Source: Cyanophyceae cyanobacterium (GTDB lineage: Bacteria > Cyanobacteriota > Cyanobacteriia > Cyanobacteriales > Laspinemataceae). From it: 42,972 nt of DNA. Below, piece by piece: positions 30,475-40,287 of the stretch. The notes beneath the pieces were generated by a model. That model was given only the letters and a program-made list of their open reading frames with translations, searched no databases and was not told the DNA's origin. A program made the position numbers and the translations under genes. Location of the stretch: contig JBBQFN010000042.1 of the NCBI GenBank assembly GCA_038321985.1, forward strand, positions 1 to 42,972, read 5' to 3'. How positions within the stretch are numbered: position 1 is the first letter of the stretch; each line of letters opens with the position of its first letter.

Positions 30475-31045
30475 AAATGACTCCTCCTCAACACCGTAAG
30501 GAATACTGACGTTCATGCTCAATGAATTCTCCCCTAATTTGGGTGATCTGATCGCGTTCGGTTGTGCGATCGTTATCACCGGGGATTTCCATCGCGATCG
30601 CACAGACTGGAGTTTCCCAGTTTTGGGGATCGCTCACGAGCTTATCCTTTGGGCGATCGCCTTTGGGGATCGCACGGACTGATGGGTGAAACAATGGACC
30701 GATCGCCATTTTCCATTTTTATTCAATTCCTGACTTTCAATATCTCTTGAGTCTCCATGAACTGTAATAGGATTGACCCAGACGATGGGAAGGGGCTTTC
30801 CCCTGGGAGAAAGCCCCTTGTCATGACTCAATCTGGATAGATTGCCTCAGTCATGTCCTTTAACATCCGAGTCACTCAAGCATTTTCCTGAATAACCGCT
30901 TGAGCAATCAGGATTCACTGAGGGTTCATCCCTAACTCTGTGTCCCAGTGCGTTTGTATGACTCTTGTTTTTGATTGATTGTTTCATCCGGGGATGTTCG
31001 TCCCACTTACCCTAGGGATTGCGATCTGTCTTTTCACTTTACCAG

Positions 31046-31079
31046 ACCAAACCCGTCTTCTAGTAGAAAACGGGTTGGT
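31046..31079 (-). terminator. Hairpin downstream of the ferrochelatase-like gene
   Basis: ACCAAACCCGT(C)TTCTA-g-TAGAA(A)ACGGGTTGGT imperfect inverted repeat. Confidence 0.45.
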
Positions 31080-31154
31080 TGATGATTCGGTAATTTCACT
31101 CCATCGGGAGAGTTCCGCTGATGTGCAGTCCCCTCTCTATCCGAAGATAGATTT

Positions 31155-32285
31155 TTAGTGATGGTGGTGATGGTGATGAGTGTGAGGTACAGCCACTAGA
31201 GGTTTCCCTACTACCTCAGCGCGATCGCCGAGTAGCTCTTCAATCAGGGGATTTGCCCATTCGGCAACCATTTTCAAAAACTCTGGTTGTTCGTTAACAC
31301 AGGGCATCTGAATATAGCTCACATCCGAGTGTCGTTTCTCTAAGGCATGAATAATATGATGAACGTCCAGGAGGGTTTCGTGATTTTCCGTCGCAAATCC
31401 AATCGGCATAAACACGACGGCTTTTGCTCCCAGTTGGATCAAGTTTTCTGCTGCCAGGGTAGCGTTAGGTTGAGTCCAGTCAATCAAAGGGGTCTGGTGA
31501 TTGAGCCAACCTACCGAAATCAGGGGATAGCGCTCGATTAGTTTATCCCGCACGGCATCATAGAGGGCTTGACTTTCGGTAATCCCCGAGGTAAAGCCTT
31601 TCGCTTTGTGAGGACAACCATGGTTCATTAACACGATACCGATTTGTGAGGCGAGACATTCCCCCGTCAGTTCTGCGGCGATGGTTTGTTCAACCATTTG
31701 AGCCATCAAATTGATATAGCCCGGTTGGTTATAAAAAGAAGGGATATATCGCATATCCTTAACCCAATGTTCGCCCTTGCCATCACTGAGCTTTTCTAGG
31801 GCTAAATTGACTTGTTCTACTGCAATACCGCTAGTAAAGATAGAATCTACTACTAGCAGGGGATAGATCAGCAGTTTATCAAATCCTTCGGCTTTAATTT
31901 GTGTGAGAACTTGCTCCGGAAGGTGAGGCGCACAGAAGTTAAACGCCTTAAACACTTTGATGCGATCGCCCCACTGGTGTTGGAGTTCATGTTCGATTCC
32001 CTCTCGTTGTTTCTCAAAGATAGCATTGTGAGGGGAGATAAATTTGCCATGTTGATGACTCCACTCATGTAGATCAAAGATGGCGAGTAATTTTGCCAGG
32101 GGGGGGTATATCCAGCTAGGAACGGGTGCGAACTTTGCGGTGAGCAAATTCAGCGCTTGTTCGTTGTAATTGGCGAAGTCGTCATAACTTTCGACTTCTC
32201 CATAGCCCATTAGTAACACAGCAACGCGATCGCCGCCACCTATTACTTGGGGTGTTGCTTGTTGTTGTTCGGGAATTGCAACCAC
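31155..32285 (-). CDS. Ferrochelatase-like class II chelatase with His-rich C-terminus
   Basis: VAVLLMGYGE, LLIYPL, MNHGCP (cf. SAHGxP), W..P, PIGFATENHETL.D, PCVN. No CAB domain. Ends HTHHHHHHH. Confidence 0.8.
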   Translation of the reverse strand: MVAIPEQQQATPQVIGGGDRVAVLLMGYGEVESYDDFANYNEQALNLLTAKFAPVPSWIYPPLAKLLAIFDLHEWSHQHGKFISPHNAIFEKQREGIEHELQHQWGDRIKVFKAFNFCAPHLPEQVLTQIKAEGFDKLLIYPLLVVDSIFTSGIAVEQVNLALEKLSDGKGEHWVKDMRYIPSFYNQPGYINLMAQMVEQTIAAELTGECLASQIGIVLMNHGCPHKAKGFTSGITESQALYDAVRDKLIERYPLISVGWLNHQTPLIDWTQPNATLAAENLIQLGAKAVVFMPIGFATENHETLLDVHHIIHALEKRHSDVSYIQMPCVNEQPEFLKMVAEWANPLIEELLGDRAEVVGKPLVAVPHTHHHHHHH

Positions 32286-32474
32286 TTTCTACTCCTCATA
32301 TTCGAGTTAGGGTTCCGCCATCGGTTTCATGTTGCCGATTCCCTCTAGGGTAACATCCCCTACGGGGGGAATGAGGGATGCAGTAAACCCCACATACCGA
32401 CGGAGGCTCAAACCCTTCCTACCAAAGGGGTTGGGACCCCGTTCGTTATTGTTCAATTGAGGGGGAGGAGAAGT

Positions 32475-33371
32475 TTAAAAGGCGCAATAGTACACGGAAC
32501 CGACATCAATCGCCTCTAGGCGATCGCTTCTGGAAACGATAACTTCAAAATGATGGCCCTCAAAACTTGAACGCCAGAAAACCAAGAGGGGGACGGGATT
32601 GTTTTGGAATTGGAACGCACCAATGGGTTGAGGAATTCCCGGTTGAGAGGGTCGAGAAAAATCAATCGGTTCCTCGTAAGCACCCGGCATGGACAAAATT
32701 TGAACCGCGCTCGTGTAAAGTGGGGTTCCGGCATTGTCAGCTACGGTTAACTGTGCTGTCTTATCGCCGGTTTTTTCCAGTACCATAATTGTTTCTCCCG
32801 CTTTCCAGGCGCGGATTTGCATGGGATCGCGTTGAGTGCCCTTCAGGATTTCTTCGGGAATGCGATCAAGGGCTAAAGTTTCTACCGGCAAGGCGATCGC
32901 CGCATCCCTCTGGGAGGGTGGCAACACCCAAACTGCTCCTTCGGGAAAGGATTGGGAGGCATTAAATGTTGCCATTGGGGTCGGACTATTATTGCAACCG
33001 TAGGGTTCATTTTGCCATCGTCGCAAGGTTACCTCTTCCTCAATTCCCGGTGCAATTGCCGTCACAGGAGTTCCTGGATCAACTAAAGACCACTGTTCGG
33101 AAAACATGGCGATTTGTGCATTCCGGTTCGTGGGTGAAAAGGGAAATTTACTAGGACCATCTTGTTGCAATTTAGTCCCAAATCCTAACCATCCCGGAAA
33201 TTCTAAAAATCGCTGTTCGGGCAGATCTCGTTCTGCTTCGGGGATGGTGGTTGCTGTATTATTTCCCCAGATAGCACAGCTATTAAGTCCGGGAAAAATA
33301 AGCAGAATACTTAAGAGGGTTAGGGAAATTTGCTTTTTCGATGTATGGAGGGAAAGTTTTAAGTTTTTCAT
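32475..33371 (-). CDS. Hypothetical protein, probable lipoprotein
   Basis: Basic N-terminus, hydrophobic stretch, lipobox-like LNSC. ATGA overlap with the upstream GDSL gene. Confidence 0.7.
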   Translation of the reverse strand: MKNLKLSLHTSKKQISLTLLSILLIFPGLNSCAIWGNNTATTIPEAERDLPEQRFLEFPGWLGFGTKLQQDGPSKFPFSPTNRNAQIAMFSEQWSLVDPGTPVTAIAPGIEEEVTLRRWQNEPYGCNNSPTPMATFNASQSFPEGAVWVLPPSQRDAAIALPVETLALDRIPEEILKGTQRDPMQIRAWKAGETIMVLEKTGDKTAQLTVADNAGTPLYTSAVQILSMPGAYEEPIDFSRPSQPGIPQPIGAFQFQNNPVPLLVFWRSSFEGHHFEVIVSRSDRLEAIDVGSVYYCAF

Positions 33372-33976
33372 ATTTTCTTCGGGTTAATCCAAGATGACCA
33401 GCCTAACCAATTTTTTACCAATTCTGCTAATTCTACATATCCGGCGGATTTAGGATGTGCTCCATCATTGGCGGCTACTTCCTTCTTCCAAGTGGGGGAT
33501 TTTTGAAGGGGTGTAAATACATCTAAATAGGGAATCGCAAGGTTTAAGCAAATTTGCTCAAACTGACGGGATAAAGTGGCGATTCTCAAATTGTCTTCGC
33601 AGTCGCCTAGGGGAGGGGAACTCACCATTAACACCGGAAACAATTGTTTAGCCTGCTCAAGGATCTGCTGTGCATTGTGGAGGGAGTCCGGAAATTCTAC
33701 ACGAGTTTTACCGGCTTCTAGGGTAATATCGTTCGCTCCAAAGGAAAATACGACTTTCCCGTTACAATCAGCGGGTAAACGATGAGCAACTTCTGGCAGC
33801 CACCGCTTTAAAATATCTGAAGAGGTGTCCCGTCTAACCCCTAAATTATAATAAGTAATCTCTTCCCCTTCCTGAGAAGCTGCCGCTACAATTCTGCCAG
33901 TCCAGCCTAAGTATTCCGGGTCTCCTGTTCCATTAATAAAGGAATCTCCAACAAAGCAGATCCGGCTCCCTGTCAT
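33368..33976 (-). CDS. GDSL/SGNH hydrolase
   Basis: FVGDS, NLGV, G.ND and DG.HP blocks. Confidence 0.92.
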   Translation of the reverse strand: MTGSRICFVGDSFINGTGDPEYLGWTGRIVAAASQEGEEITYYNLGVRRDTSSDILKRWLPEVAHRLPADCNGKVVFSFGANDITLEAGKTRVEFPDSLHNAQQILEQAKQLFPVLMVSSPPLGDCEDNLRIATLSRQFEQICLNLAIPYLDVFTPLQKSPTWKKEVAANDGAHPKSAGYVELAELVKNWLGWSSWINPKKI

Positions 33977-33988
33977 AAATATAGCCTA

Positions 33989-35173
33989 CTATTGTTGTGA
34001 TAATCGTTTAACGCTTGCGCCGCCTAATAACTGATGAGCATCCGCTAATAAAGCGGGAATTTTATCAGCATGAGGACTGCGAGAGAGGCATTGAGTAAAA
34101 TCTAAGGTTTGGATTGCTTCCGCTTTTTCACCGGGAAACCAATGATTGCCATTCCCGAGTAAGTTATAGCGCATTTTGGCATAATCGACCATATCGTAGG
34201 CGATCGCCAAGTTTCTCAACCATAAAATCTGGTGAATATTAATAGAATTGGGGGTTTCTTCGGGTTTTGGTAAGCCAATATGCCAACTTCTGACCCAATC
34301 TTCTCCAAACCGGGCGATCGCCGCTTGTTCCAACCGTTCAATAATTGGGGGTAAAATTTCATCAGCTTTTTTTAAAAGCGATAAACTTTTTAGGTGTTCA
34401 TCAAAATCTGTGGGTCTTGAGGCCCCAATACTTAAAGTATGAACTTGGGGGTGCTGCAAACAAAATAAATTATTAAACACAATCGGACTGAGGGGCTCGC
34501 ATAATTCCACTAATTTTTCAGGGGGACTGTATAAGTTTCCTCCTTTGTTGGAGGGACTAATAATAAATACCCCCATATCCTGCTGAGTTGCTGCTTCAAT
34601 AGCCGACCAGTTTACCTGATTGATATAGTACCAATGGAGGTTAACATAATCAAAACGCTTGGTTTCTATGGCTTGACGAATTACCTCCGTTGGCCCATGA
34701 GTTGAAAACCCTACAAACCTGACTCTGCCTTGAGCCTGAAATTCTTTGACCACATCCAGGCAACCCCCTGGACGAATACTGTAGTCTAATAATTGGGGAG
34801 TATTAATCCCATGTATTCCTAATAAATCAACATAATCTAGCTTTAAGTTCGACAGAGATTGTTCCAGCGTTTTCCGAAATTCGTGGGGGTCTTCTGTTGG
34901 TCCCACTTTAGTTTGCACAATCAATTGTTCTCGGGGAAATTCAGGAAGAATCTCTCCCAATTGAATCTCTGATGTACCGTATCCCCGGGCTGTTTCAATA
35001 TGATTAATACCACAAGCGACGGCCCGATGGATAGTTGCTTTTACATTGTCTTGATTATCCGCTGGAATGCTAGATTGAGGCACGTCTTGCCACTTGTATT
35101 GATATCTCATGCCGCCACAAGAAAACACCGGCATTTGTAGTTCCGTTCGGCCAAAACGTCGATATTGCATCAT
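33989..35173 (-). CDS. Aldo/keto reductase
   Basis: YRRFGRT, GINHIETARGYGTSE, QTK, SL..L.LDYVDL...HG, GFSTHG. Confidence 0.92.
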   Translation of the reverse strand: MMQYRRFGRTELQMPVFSCGGMRYQYKWQDVPQSSIPADNQDNVKATIHRAVACGINHIETARGYGTSEIQLGEILPEFPREQLIVQTKVGPTEDPHEFRKTLEQSLSNLKLDYVDLLGIHGINTPQLLDYSIRPGGCLDVVKEFQAQGRVRFVGFSTHGPTEVIRQAIETKRFDYVNLHWYYINQVNWSAIEAATQQDMGVFIISPSNKGGNLYSPPEKLVELCEPLSPIVFNNLFCLQHPQVHTLSIGASRPTDFDEHLKSLSLLKKADEILPPIIERLEQAAIARFGEDWVRSWHIGLPKPEETPNSINIHQILWLRNLAIAYDMVDYAKMRYNLLGNGNHWFPGEKAEAIQTLDFTQCLSRSPHADKIPALLADAHQLLGGASVKRLSQQ

Positions 35174-35257
35174 GATAAATTTTGAGTTGTAATTTAATAA
35201 TTTAGAGTACGCTGATTATGAATGCTGCCTTAAATAGGGGCCTCAAATCCCTGCACT

Positions 35258-35312
35258 GGAGTGGGAGCATCTTGTTCCCTATTATAGCAATGGGGCAAGA
35301 TGCTCCCACTCC
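35258..35312. repeat. REP-like inverted repeat pair
   Basis: GGAGTGGGAGCATCTTG(TT)CC...GG(GG)CAAGATGCTCCCACTCC with 17-bp perfect arms. Confidence 0.75.
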
Positions 35313-35372
35313 CGGCGGATGAATGATTCAACTGCTATAAAATGCCCAAGCCCTAATAGACAATTGCCGAGT

Positions 35373-36080
35373 TTACAGTTCCCGAATCACCGTTTTACCA
35401 TCTACTACTTCACCCACTAAAACTATATCTGTAACCCCCACAAACAACCCATTTTCCAAAACTCCAGGAATATTATTCAGGGTTTTTTCTAATTCCCCCG
35501 GGTTGTCAATGCTATCAAACTTTACATCAATAACAAAATTCCCTTGATCCGTAATCACGGGTCCTGCTTTCCTCACCCCCATCCGCAACTCTGGCACTCC
35601 GCCTAACTTTTTAATAGCAGCCATCACCGGAGTCATTGCCATGGGTAATACTTCTACAGGTAACAAGAAGGTGGAACCCAATTTATCCACTAATTTAGAA
35701 CTGTCTACCACCACGATAAATATGTCGGCTAGGCAATCCACAATTTTTTCCCGGGTATGTGCCGCACCCCCTCCTTTAATCAGGTTTTTATGGGGATCAA
35801 CTTCATCGGCCCCATCAATGGCAATATCGATGTGATCAACCTCATCCAAAGTCGTTAAAGGAATGCCAAACTGTTTCGCGAGCACTGATGCCTGGAACGA
35901 AGTCGGAATCCCTTTAATATCTTTTAAGTCACCATTTTTCAGCCGTTCCCCCAGAAACTCAATGGTATAAGCGGTGGTAGAACCCGTCCCCAATCCTACG
36001 ATGGAACCAGATTTCACTCGTTGTGCGGCGGCTTTACCGACTTCCTGTTTCATGGCATTTGCTGTACTCATCCGATCCAC
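35373..36080 (-). CDS. rpiA: Ribose-5-phosphate isomerase A (start may be 36071)
   Basis: [39 protein letters not shown]. Confidence 0.97.
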   Translation of the reverse strand: MDRMSTANAMKQEVGKAAAQRVKSGSIVGLGTGSTTAYTIEFLGERLKNGDLKDIKGIPTSFQASVLAKQFGIPLTTLDEVDHIDIAIDGADEVDPHKNLIKGGGAAHTREKIVDCLADIFIVVVDSSKLVDKLGSTFLLPVEVLPMAMTPVMAAIKKLGGVPELRMGVRKAGPVITDQGNFVIDVKFDSIDNPGELEKTLNNIPGVLENGLFVGVTDIVLVGEVVDGKTVIREL

Positions 36081-36296
36081 TCCTATGGTTGTCCCGGTGG
36101 GACATAACGACAGTTAAAATCAACTCTAGTCTCAAATTTACCCTGTTCCTGACCCGATCGCGCATTTTTTCCTTTACGGATGACTCCCCAAGCTGAAGGT
36201 GATATCATCAGTGCCGTTGATGTCTAAGGGATGGCGCACAAGTTCTCCTCTAGGTTCCGCACTTATTTCAAATCGTTTCTACTCTGTAAACTTGAT

Positions 36297-37766
36297 ATGA
36301 AAATTGCATTTATAGACCCTTCCGATTGGGACTACCGGGTAGAAAGTGCCTATCAGATGCCGATGGGAGGTTCTCAATCGGCTTTATGTTATTTAGCTGA
36401 AACATTGGCAAAACAGGGTCATGAAGTGTTTGTTTTCAATCAAACTTCTAATCCGGGCATTTCACGGGGGGTAAACTGTCTTTCTTTCCCCTTAAATAGA
36501 GTCTCGGAGGCAGTGCGGCGATCGCTAGATGTAGCGATTATTTTAAATGTGGCTGGGAAGGGTATCCCACTCCGGCAATTCTTAGGGGATAAAATTCGCT
36601 TGATTTTGTGGACGCAACAGCTTCCAACGCTTCATGCCATGCAGGCTTTACAAAATCCTCAAGAACGAGATGTTTATGATGGATTTGCCTTTGTCAGTGA
36701 ATGGCAGCGTCATCAATTTGAAATGGCTTTTAACATTCATCGCGATCGCAGTGCTATTTTAAGAAATGCGATCGCACCCGCTTTTCAAAATTTATTTTCC
36801 CCCGAAACTTCTATCCTCTCGCGCAAATCTCATCCCCCCATCCTCGCCTATACCAGTACCCCATTCCGGGGGTTAGATTTACTCTTATCTATTTTCCCCA
36901 AAATTCGCCAACTTGTGCCGGGAACTCTTTTAAAAGTTTTCTCTAGTAAAAAAGTCTATCAGCTACGGGAAGAACTCGATGAATCCGTGTACGGTTCCCT
37001 CTATCGCCGCTGTCGCGAAATGGATGGAGTGGAATATTTGGGTTCGGTTTCTCAACCGGAATTGGCTCGTCAGTTGCGCTCGGTTTCTATCCTAACCTAC
37101 CCCAATACCTTTAAAGAAACCTCTTGTATTGCCGTCATGGAAGCAATGGCAAGCGGATGTCGGGTTATTACTAGCAATCTGGCCGCACTTTCTGAAACAG
37201 CAGCGGGTTTTTGTCCCTTAGTTTCGGTAGAAGATGTCCTGGGATTTTCATCGGTTAGAGATTGGCAATTTTCCTTAAGAACCGACTGGGAAAATTATTC
37301 TAATCGCTTTGTTGAAACAACGGTGAAGGCGATCGCAGCTTTACAGGATATCAACGCCGAATCCCAACTCAGACAACAGGTTAACTATATCCATGACTCC
37401 TGTATTTGGGAGGTGCGCGCGAGGGCCTGGATTGATTGGTTGAATCGTCTATGTAGCTTTAACTCTACCTCCATTCCCCCCGAAACAACCCTTCCCTCCC
37501 CTGCCGAAATTCTCACTCAGCAAGCAGAAATCGCCTATTACCAAAGAGATTTAACCCAGGCAGTCGCCCTGTGCCAACAATCCCTTAAACTCAACCCGAA
37601 TCTAACTCAAACCTATCAAATTCTAGGGGACAGCCTCAAGCATTCGGGTAAACCAAACGAAGCAAGTCGGGCTTATTCCACTGCCCTCAAACTCTTAGAA
37701 TCCGGCAAAGGTGATGCGTCTCAAGCCCTATTAATCCGAGAAAAACTAGGACAGACCCTCTTATGA
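36297..37766 (+). CDS. GT4 glycosyltransferase with C-terminal TPR
   Basis: MKIAFID start, GGSQSA, YTSTPFRGL, ETSCI..MEAMA.G (E-x7-E), C-terminal TPR A...CQQSLKLNPN....Y..LG. Confidence 0.88.
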   Translation: MKIAFIDPSDWDYRVESAYQMPMGGSQSALCYLAETLAKQGHEVFVFNQTSNPGISRGVNCLSFPLNRVSEAVRRSLDVAIILNVAGKGIPLRQFLGDKIRLILWTQQLPTLHAMQALQNPQERDVYDGFAFVSEWQRHQFEMAFNIHRDRSAILRNAIAPAFQNLFSPETSILSRKSHPPILAYTSTPFRGLDLLLSIFPKIRQLVPGTLLKVFSSKKVYQLREELDESVYGSLYRRCREMDGVEYLGSVSQPELARQLRSVSILTYPNTFKETSCIAVMEAMASGCRVITSNLAALSETAAGFCPLVSVEDVLGFSSVRDWQFSLRTDWENYSNRFVETTVKAIAALQDINAESQLRQQVNYIHDSCIWEVRARAWIDWLNRLCSFNSTSIPPETTLPSPAEILTQQAEIAYYQRDLTQAVALCQQSLKLNPNLTQTYQILGDSLKHSGKPNEASRAYSTALKLLESGKGDASQALLIREKLGQTLL

Positions 37767-37971
37767 AAGTAGCGATCTTGAAGAGGCGATCGCCCTAAAG
37801 TCCGCTTTTGAGGGGTCTTAACTGGTCCCTGGGCTTTTACCGAACCTTTACAAGGAACGGGGGACTTTTCTCCATTCCTTTACAAAACTTTGTGTTAACC
37901 AGCATATTGTGGAAATAGGAAACATTTACAGGGTCAAGCAAACTGCGATCGGGCCCTCAGGAGGTACTACT

Positions 37972-38244
37972 ATGAGTCAACTTTCTTTTGCCTTACTCCA
38001 ACCCCTGCGTCAATGGCTCGATCAGGTTGAAATTCGTGACCCCAAGGTTGCGAAACAACTCTACAAGCTGATTCCAGCGCAATGCCCCTTTGCCCGGGAC
38101 TTGAAATTTAGGGGTCATACGCTCCTCCACATTCCCCCCCTGTGCAAACTCAATCCTTTCTACGATGAACTGATGGGAGTGCGGTTTCGGGCACTGTGTT
38201 ATCTCGTTGATGAATGTGGCATGGATATTCAAGCCTTTTCCTAA
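37972..38244 (+). CDS. Mo-dependent nitrogenase C-terminal domain protein (Mo-nitro_C family)
   Basis: LQPLRQWLD, LIPAQCPF.R, HIPPLCKLNP.Y..L...RFRALCYL.D.CG. GGAGG RBS before ATG 37972. Confidence 0.9.
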   Translation: MSQLSFALLQPLRQWLDQVEIRDPKVAKQLYKLIPAQCPFARDLKFRGHTLLHIPPLCKLNPFYDELMGVRFRALCYLVDECGMDIQAFS

Positions 38245-38261
38245 CTTTCCTCAACAAACCG

Positions 38262-38317
38262 GAGCGATCGCCGATTGACACTCGACTCCACAGCCTAGCG
38301 CCAATGGGCGATCGCTC
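38262..38317. terminator. HIP1-based hairpin between convergent genes
   Basis: GAGCGATCGCC(G)ATTG...CAAT(G)GGCGATCGCTC inverted repeat. Confidence 0.5.
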
Positions 38318-38332
38318 AGTTCATTCTTGAAA

Positions 38333-39046
38333 TTATTCAGCCGTAGCGAGTTCGCTGTTGCCACGATTGCGGCGGCGAGTCAGGGCATTAAACACCATTT
38401 GACCGATCGCCTTAATCAGGTTGCCTTCGAGTTCTTTAAACATATTCATGTTCAACCCAAAGGCATGATTAGCTTCATCCACAATGCGATCGGCATCCGC
38501 TTCATCGATCGGCAAATTGTTCATCGCTTCACGATACTGAGTTTTGAACGCCTTCTCATCAGAAATCTGCTCAAACTCATAGAAAGCCGTGCCATCGCCC
38601 TCTAAATTCATCGCCCGTTGGGCGATGCCTTTGAGAATTTGACCGCCGGACAAATCGCCCAAGTAACGGGTGTAGGAATGAGCCACTAACAGTTCTGGTG
38701 CTGTTTCCGACACTTCCCGGATCCGCTGAATGTAGGCTTGAGCCCCTTCAGAAGGAGCCACCTGTTCCCGCCAGTTGCTGCCATAGTAGAAGGTTAAATC
38801 TTGCTCTAAACTGGCCTTGCGGTTCAGTTCGGGAAAGTAAATCTGGGACAAGATCGGGTGATTGCGGTGGCGTTCCATTTCCTCTTCCATCGCCGAATAG
38901 ACGAAGTAGAGATTGCGCACTAGAGTCCGATAAGAGGTTTTCTCAACAGTCCCTTTTAAAAAGCACTTGACAAAACCCACATTTTCTGCCATGCTGTGAG
39001 ACTTTTTCGTGCCTTCACGCAGTTTTGTTGCTAAATTGCTACTCAT
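38333..39046 (-). CDS. ho1: Heme oxygenase (biliverdin-producing)
   Basis: MSSNLATKLREGTKKSH.MAENVGF, AHSYTRYLGDLSGGQ, EAN.AF.LN. Start placed at ATG 39046. Confidence 0.96.
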   Translation of the reverse strand: MSSNLATKLREGTKKSHSMAENVGFVKCFLKGTVEKTSYRTLVRNLYFVYSAMEEEMERHRNHPILSQIYFPELNRKASLEQDLTFYYGSNWREQVAPSEGAQAYIQRIREVSETAPELLVAHSYTRYLGDLSGGQILKGIAQRAMNLEGDGTAFYEFEQISDEKAFKTQYREAMNNLPIDEADADRIVDEANHAFGLNMNMFKELEGNLIKAIGQMVFNALTRRRNRGNSELATAE

Positions 39047-39206
39047 TCGCTTCCTTAACTTTCCAACTTTAAAAAAAACAGGCGGCCTATCGCCTTCGCA
39101 AGAGGCCATAAAAAATAACCTCTAAAGGGTTACCTTAGAATGAATCGATGAGAATTTTCATTAAGTTTTTTAAAGTTTCCTGGGGACCCCCTTGGGGCTT
39201 GCGAGT

Positions 39207-39425
39207 TTAAGATGGGTCCTTGGACGCTTCCCTGCGCTCAATTTCCGCCTTAAGTTGAGTTAAGACCGTTTCCCCATCCATCCCTTCACCGCGATCAAGG
39301 GATTCGATACCAGTCGTAATTTTTTCCTGCAACTGCGCTAACTTTTCATGATAGCGCTGTTCTCGGTCCTCCAGGAACCGTAATAACACTTGCCGGTAAT
39401 CGCGCCAACTTTTCGCCCTTCTCAT
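39207..39425 (-). pseudogene. 5'-truncated ParD-like antitoxin remnant
   Basis: LRFLEDREQRY....LQ.KI..GIESLDRGEG.DGETV...L resembles the C-terminal half of cyanobacterial ParD. The N-terminal RHH is missing and there is no parE downstream. Confidence 0.6.
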
Positions 39426-39446
39426 GCTACAAGAATCCTTTGAATT

Positions 39447-39767
39447 ATGCCTTCAGGTAACATTTTAACTGCCATAGATGTCCTCAATCTACTAGTCAAA
39501 GGTATTGACCAAACTACCTTAGAAATAGCTCTCACTGCTTCCGGTTGGACATCAACCCTAGCGCAAGGAGGTTCTAAAAGTGGTGAGGGAAACATCTGGA
39601 CAAGTCCTGGACATCAATTCAGCGTTAGAATTATGAGCAAACCGGAGGTTTCCTGTTATGCCAGAGTTTACAATGGTCCTGGAGGGGGTGCACCTGGCGA
39701 GCAACCTTTGAACGCATTCGGTAAACCGGGAACTAGAGGAGAAACCCATTTTCCAGTGCTTCCTTAA
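39447..39767 (+). CDS. Small protein resembling a polymorphic-toxin C-terminal nuclease domain
   Basis: GW....G.K...G..W......SVRIM......Y.R.YN......Q.L...G.PG...ETH.P pattern, recalled from RHS/CDI toxin tips. No delivery domain. Confidence 0.5.
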   Translation: MPSGNILTAIDVLNLLVKGIDQTTLEIALTASGWTSTLAQGGSKSGEGNIWTSPGHQFSVRIMSKPEVSCYARVYNGPGGGAPGEQPLNAFGKPGTRGETHFPVLP

Positions 39768-39794
39768 TTCTATAATATTAATTTTCAAAAATTT

Positions 39795-40223
39795 ATGCAA
39801 TTTGAAGAAGTTTGGCAACAATACGACTTTACAGAAGCTGAATTACTGTCAATGGGTTGGCAGTTTCCTTATGATTATGTCCTGAATTTGAACTACTATT
39901 GGGAACTCAATGGCAGGGGTGCTGGTTCTGAAGTGGCATCGGTTGACCAACCCCTCAAACTGATTCTCTGTTCTTGCATTCGTCTGGATGTCCAAATCAA
40001 CCCCAACCTAGAAACAAAGACTCAACCTCCCCAAAATCTGGGTACGATTGTGGGATGGGGTCAAGTTACGCCTTCTCCTTGGTTAGAAAACCTCTCGTTT
40101 CCCGCTTCCGACTGGATTCATTTATTTTTTGACATCGGCGGCAACAACAAAATTGAAGCGGTGATGCGATCGCTCTCCATTGAGCAGTTAACCCAACCCT
40201 CTCTAGCTACATTAAATCACTAA
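39795..40223 (+). CDS. Hypothetical protein, possible immunity protein
   Basis: 142 aa, acidic and aromatic-rich. Starts 27 bp downstream of the toxin-like ORF. Confidence 0.55.
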   Translation: MQFEEVWQQYDFTEAELLSMGWQFPYDYVLNLNYYWELNGRGAGSEVASVDQPLKLILCSCIRLDVQINPNLETKTQPPQNLGTIVGWGQVTPSPWLENLSFPASDWIHLFFDIGGNNKIEAVMRSLSIEQLTQPSLATLNH

Positions 40224-40287
40224 CCTACTGCTAAAATAAAACAGGGCTTGATATTCCCGGCCTAATTATTGCTCTCCCCCTGCAATT

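Noticed and set aside
30488..30831. Short overlapping ORFs (62-73 aa) upstream of the small TM protein, including a possible nblA
   Set aside because: No recognisable motif or RBS, and no NblA-like LSLEQ.F pattern.
37972..38244. Nitrogen fixation gene
   Set aside because: The Mo-nitro_C domain name is historical; no nif genes are in the window.
39047..39109. N-terminal extensions on ORF-track calls for ho1 (also tig, GT4, Mo-nitro_C, short hicB)
   Set aside because: Downstream ATGs fit the family N-termini and/or RBS positions better.
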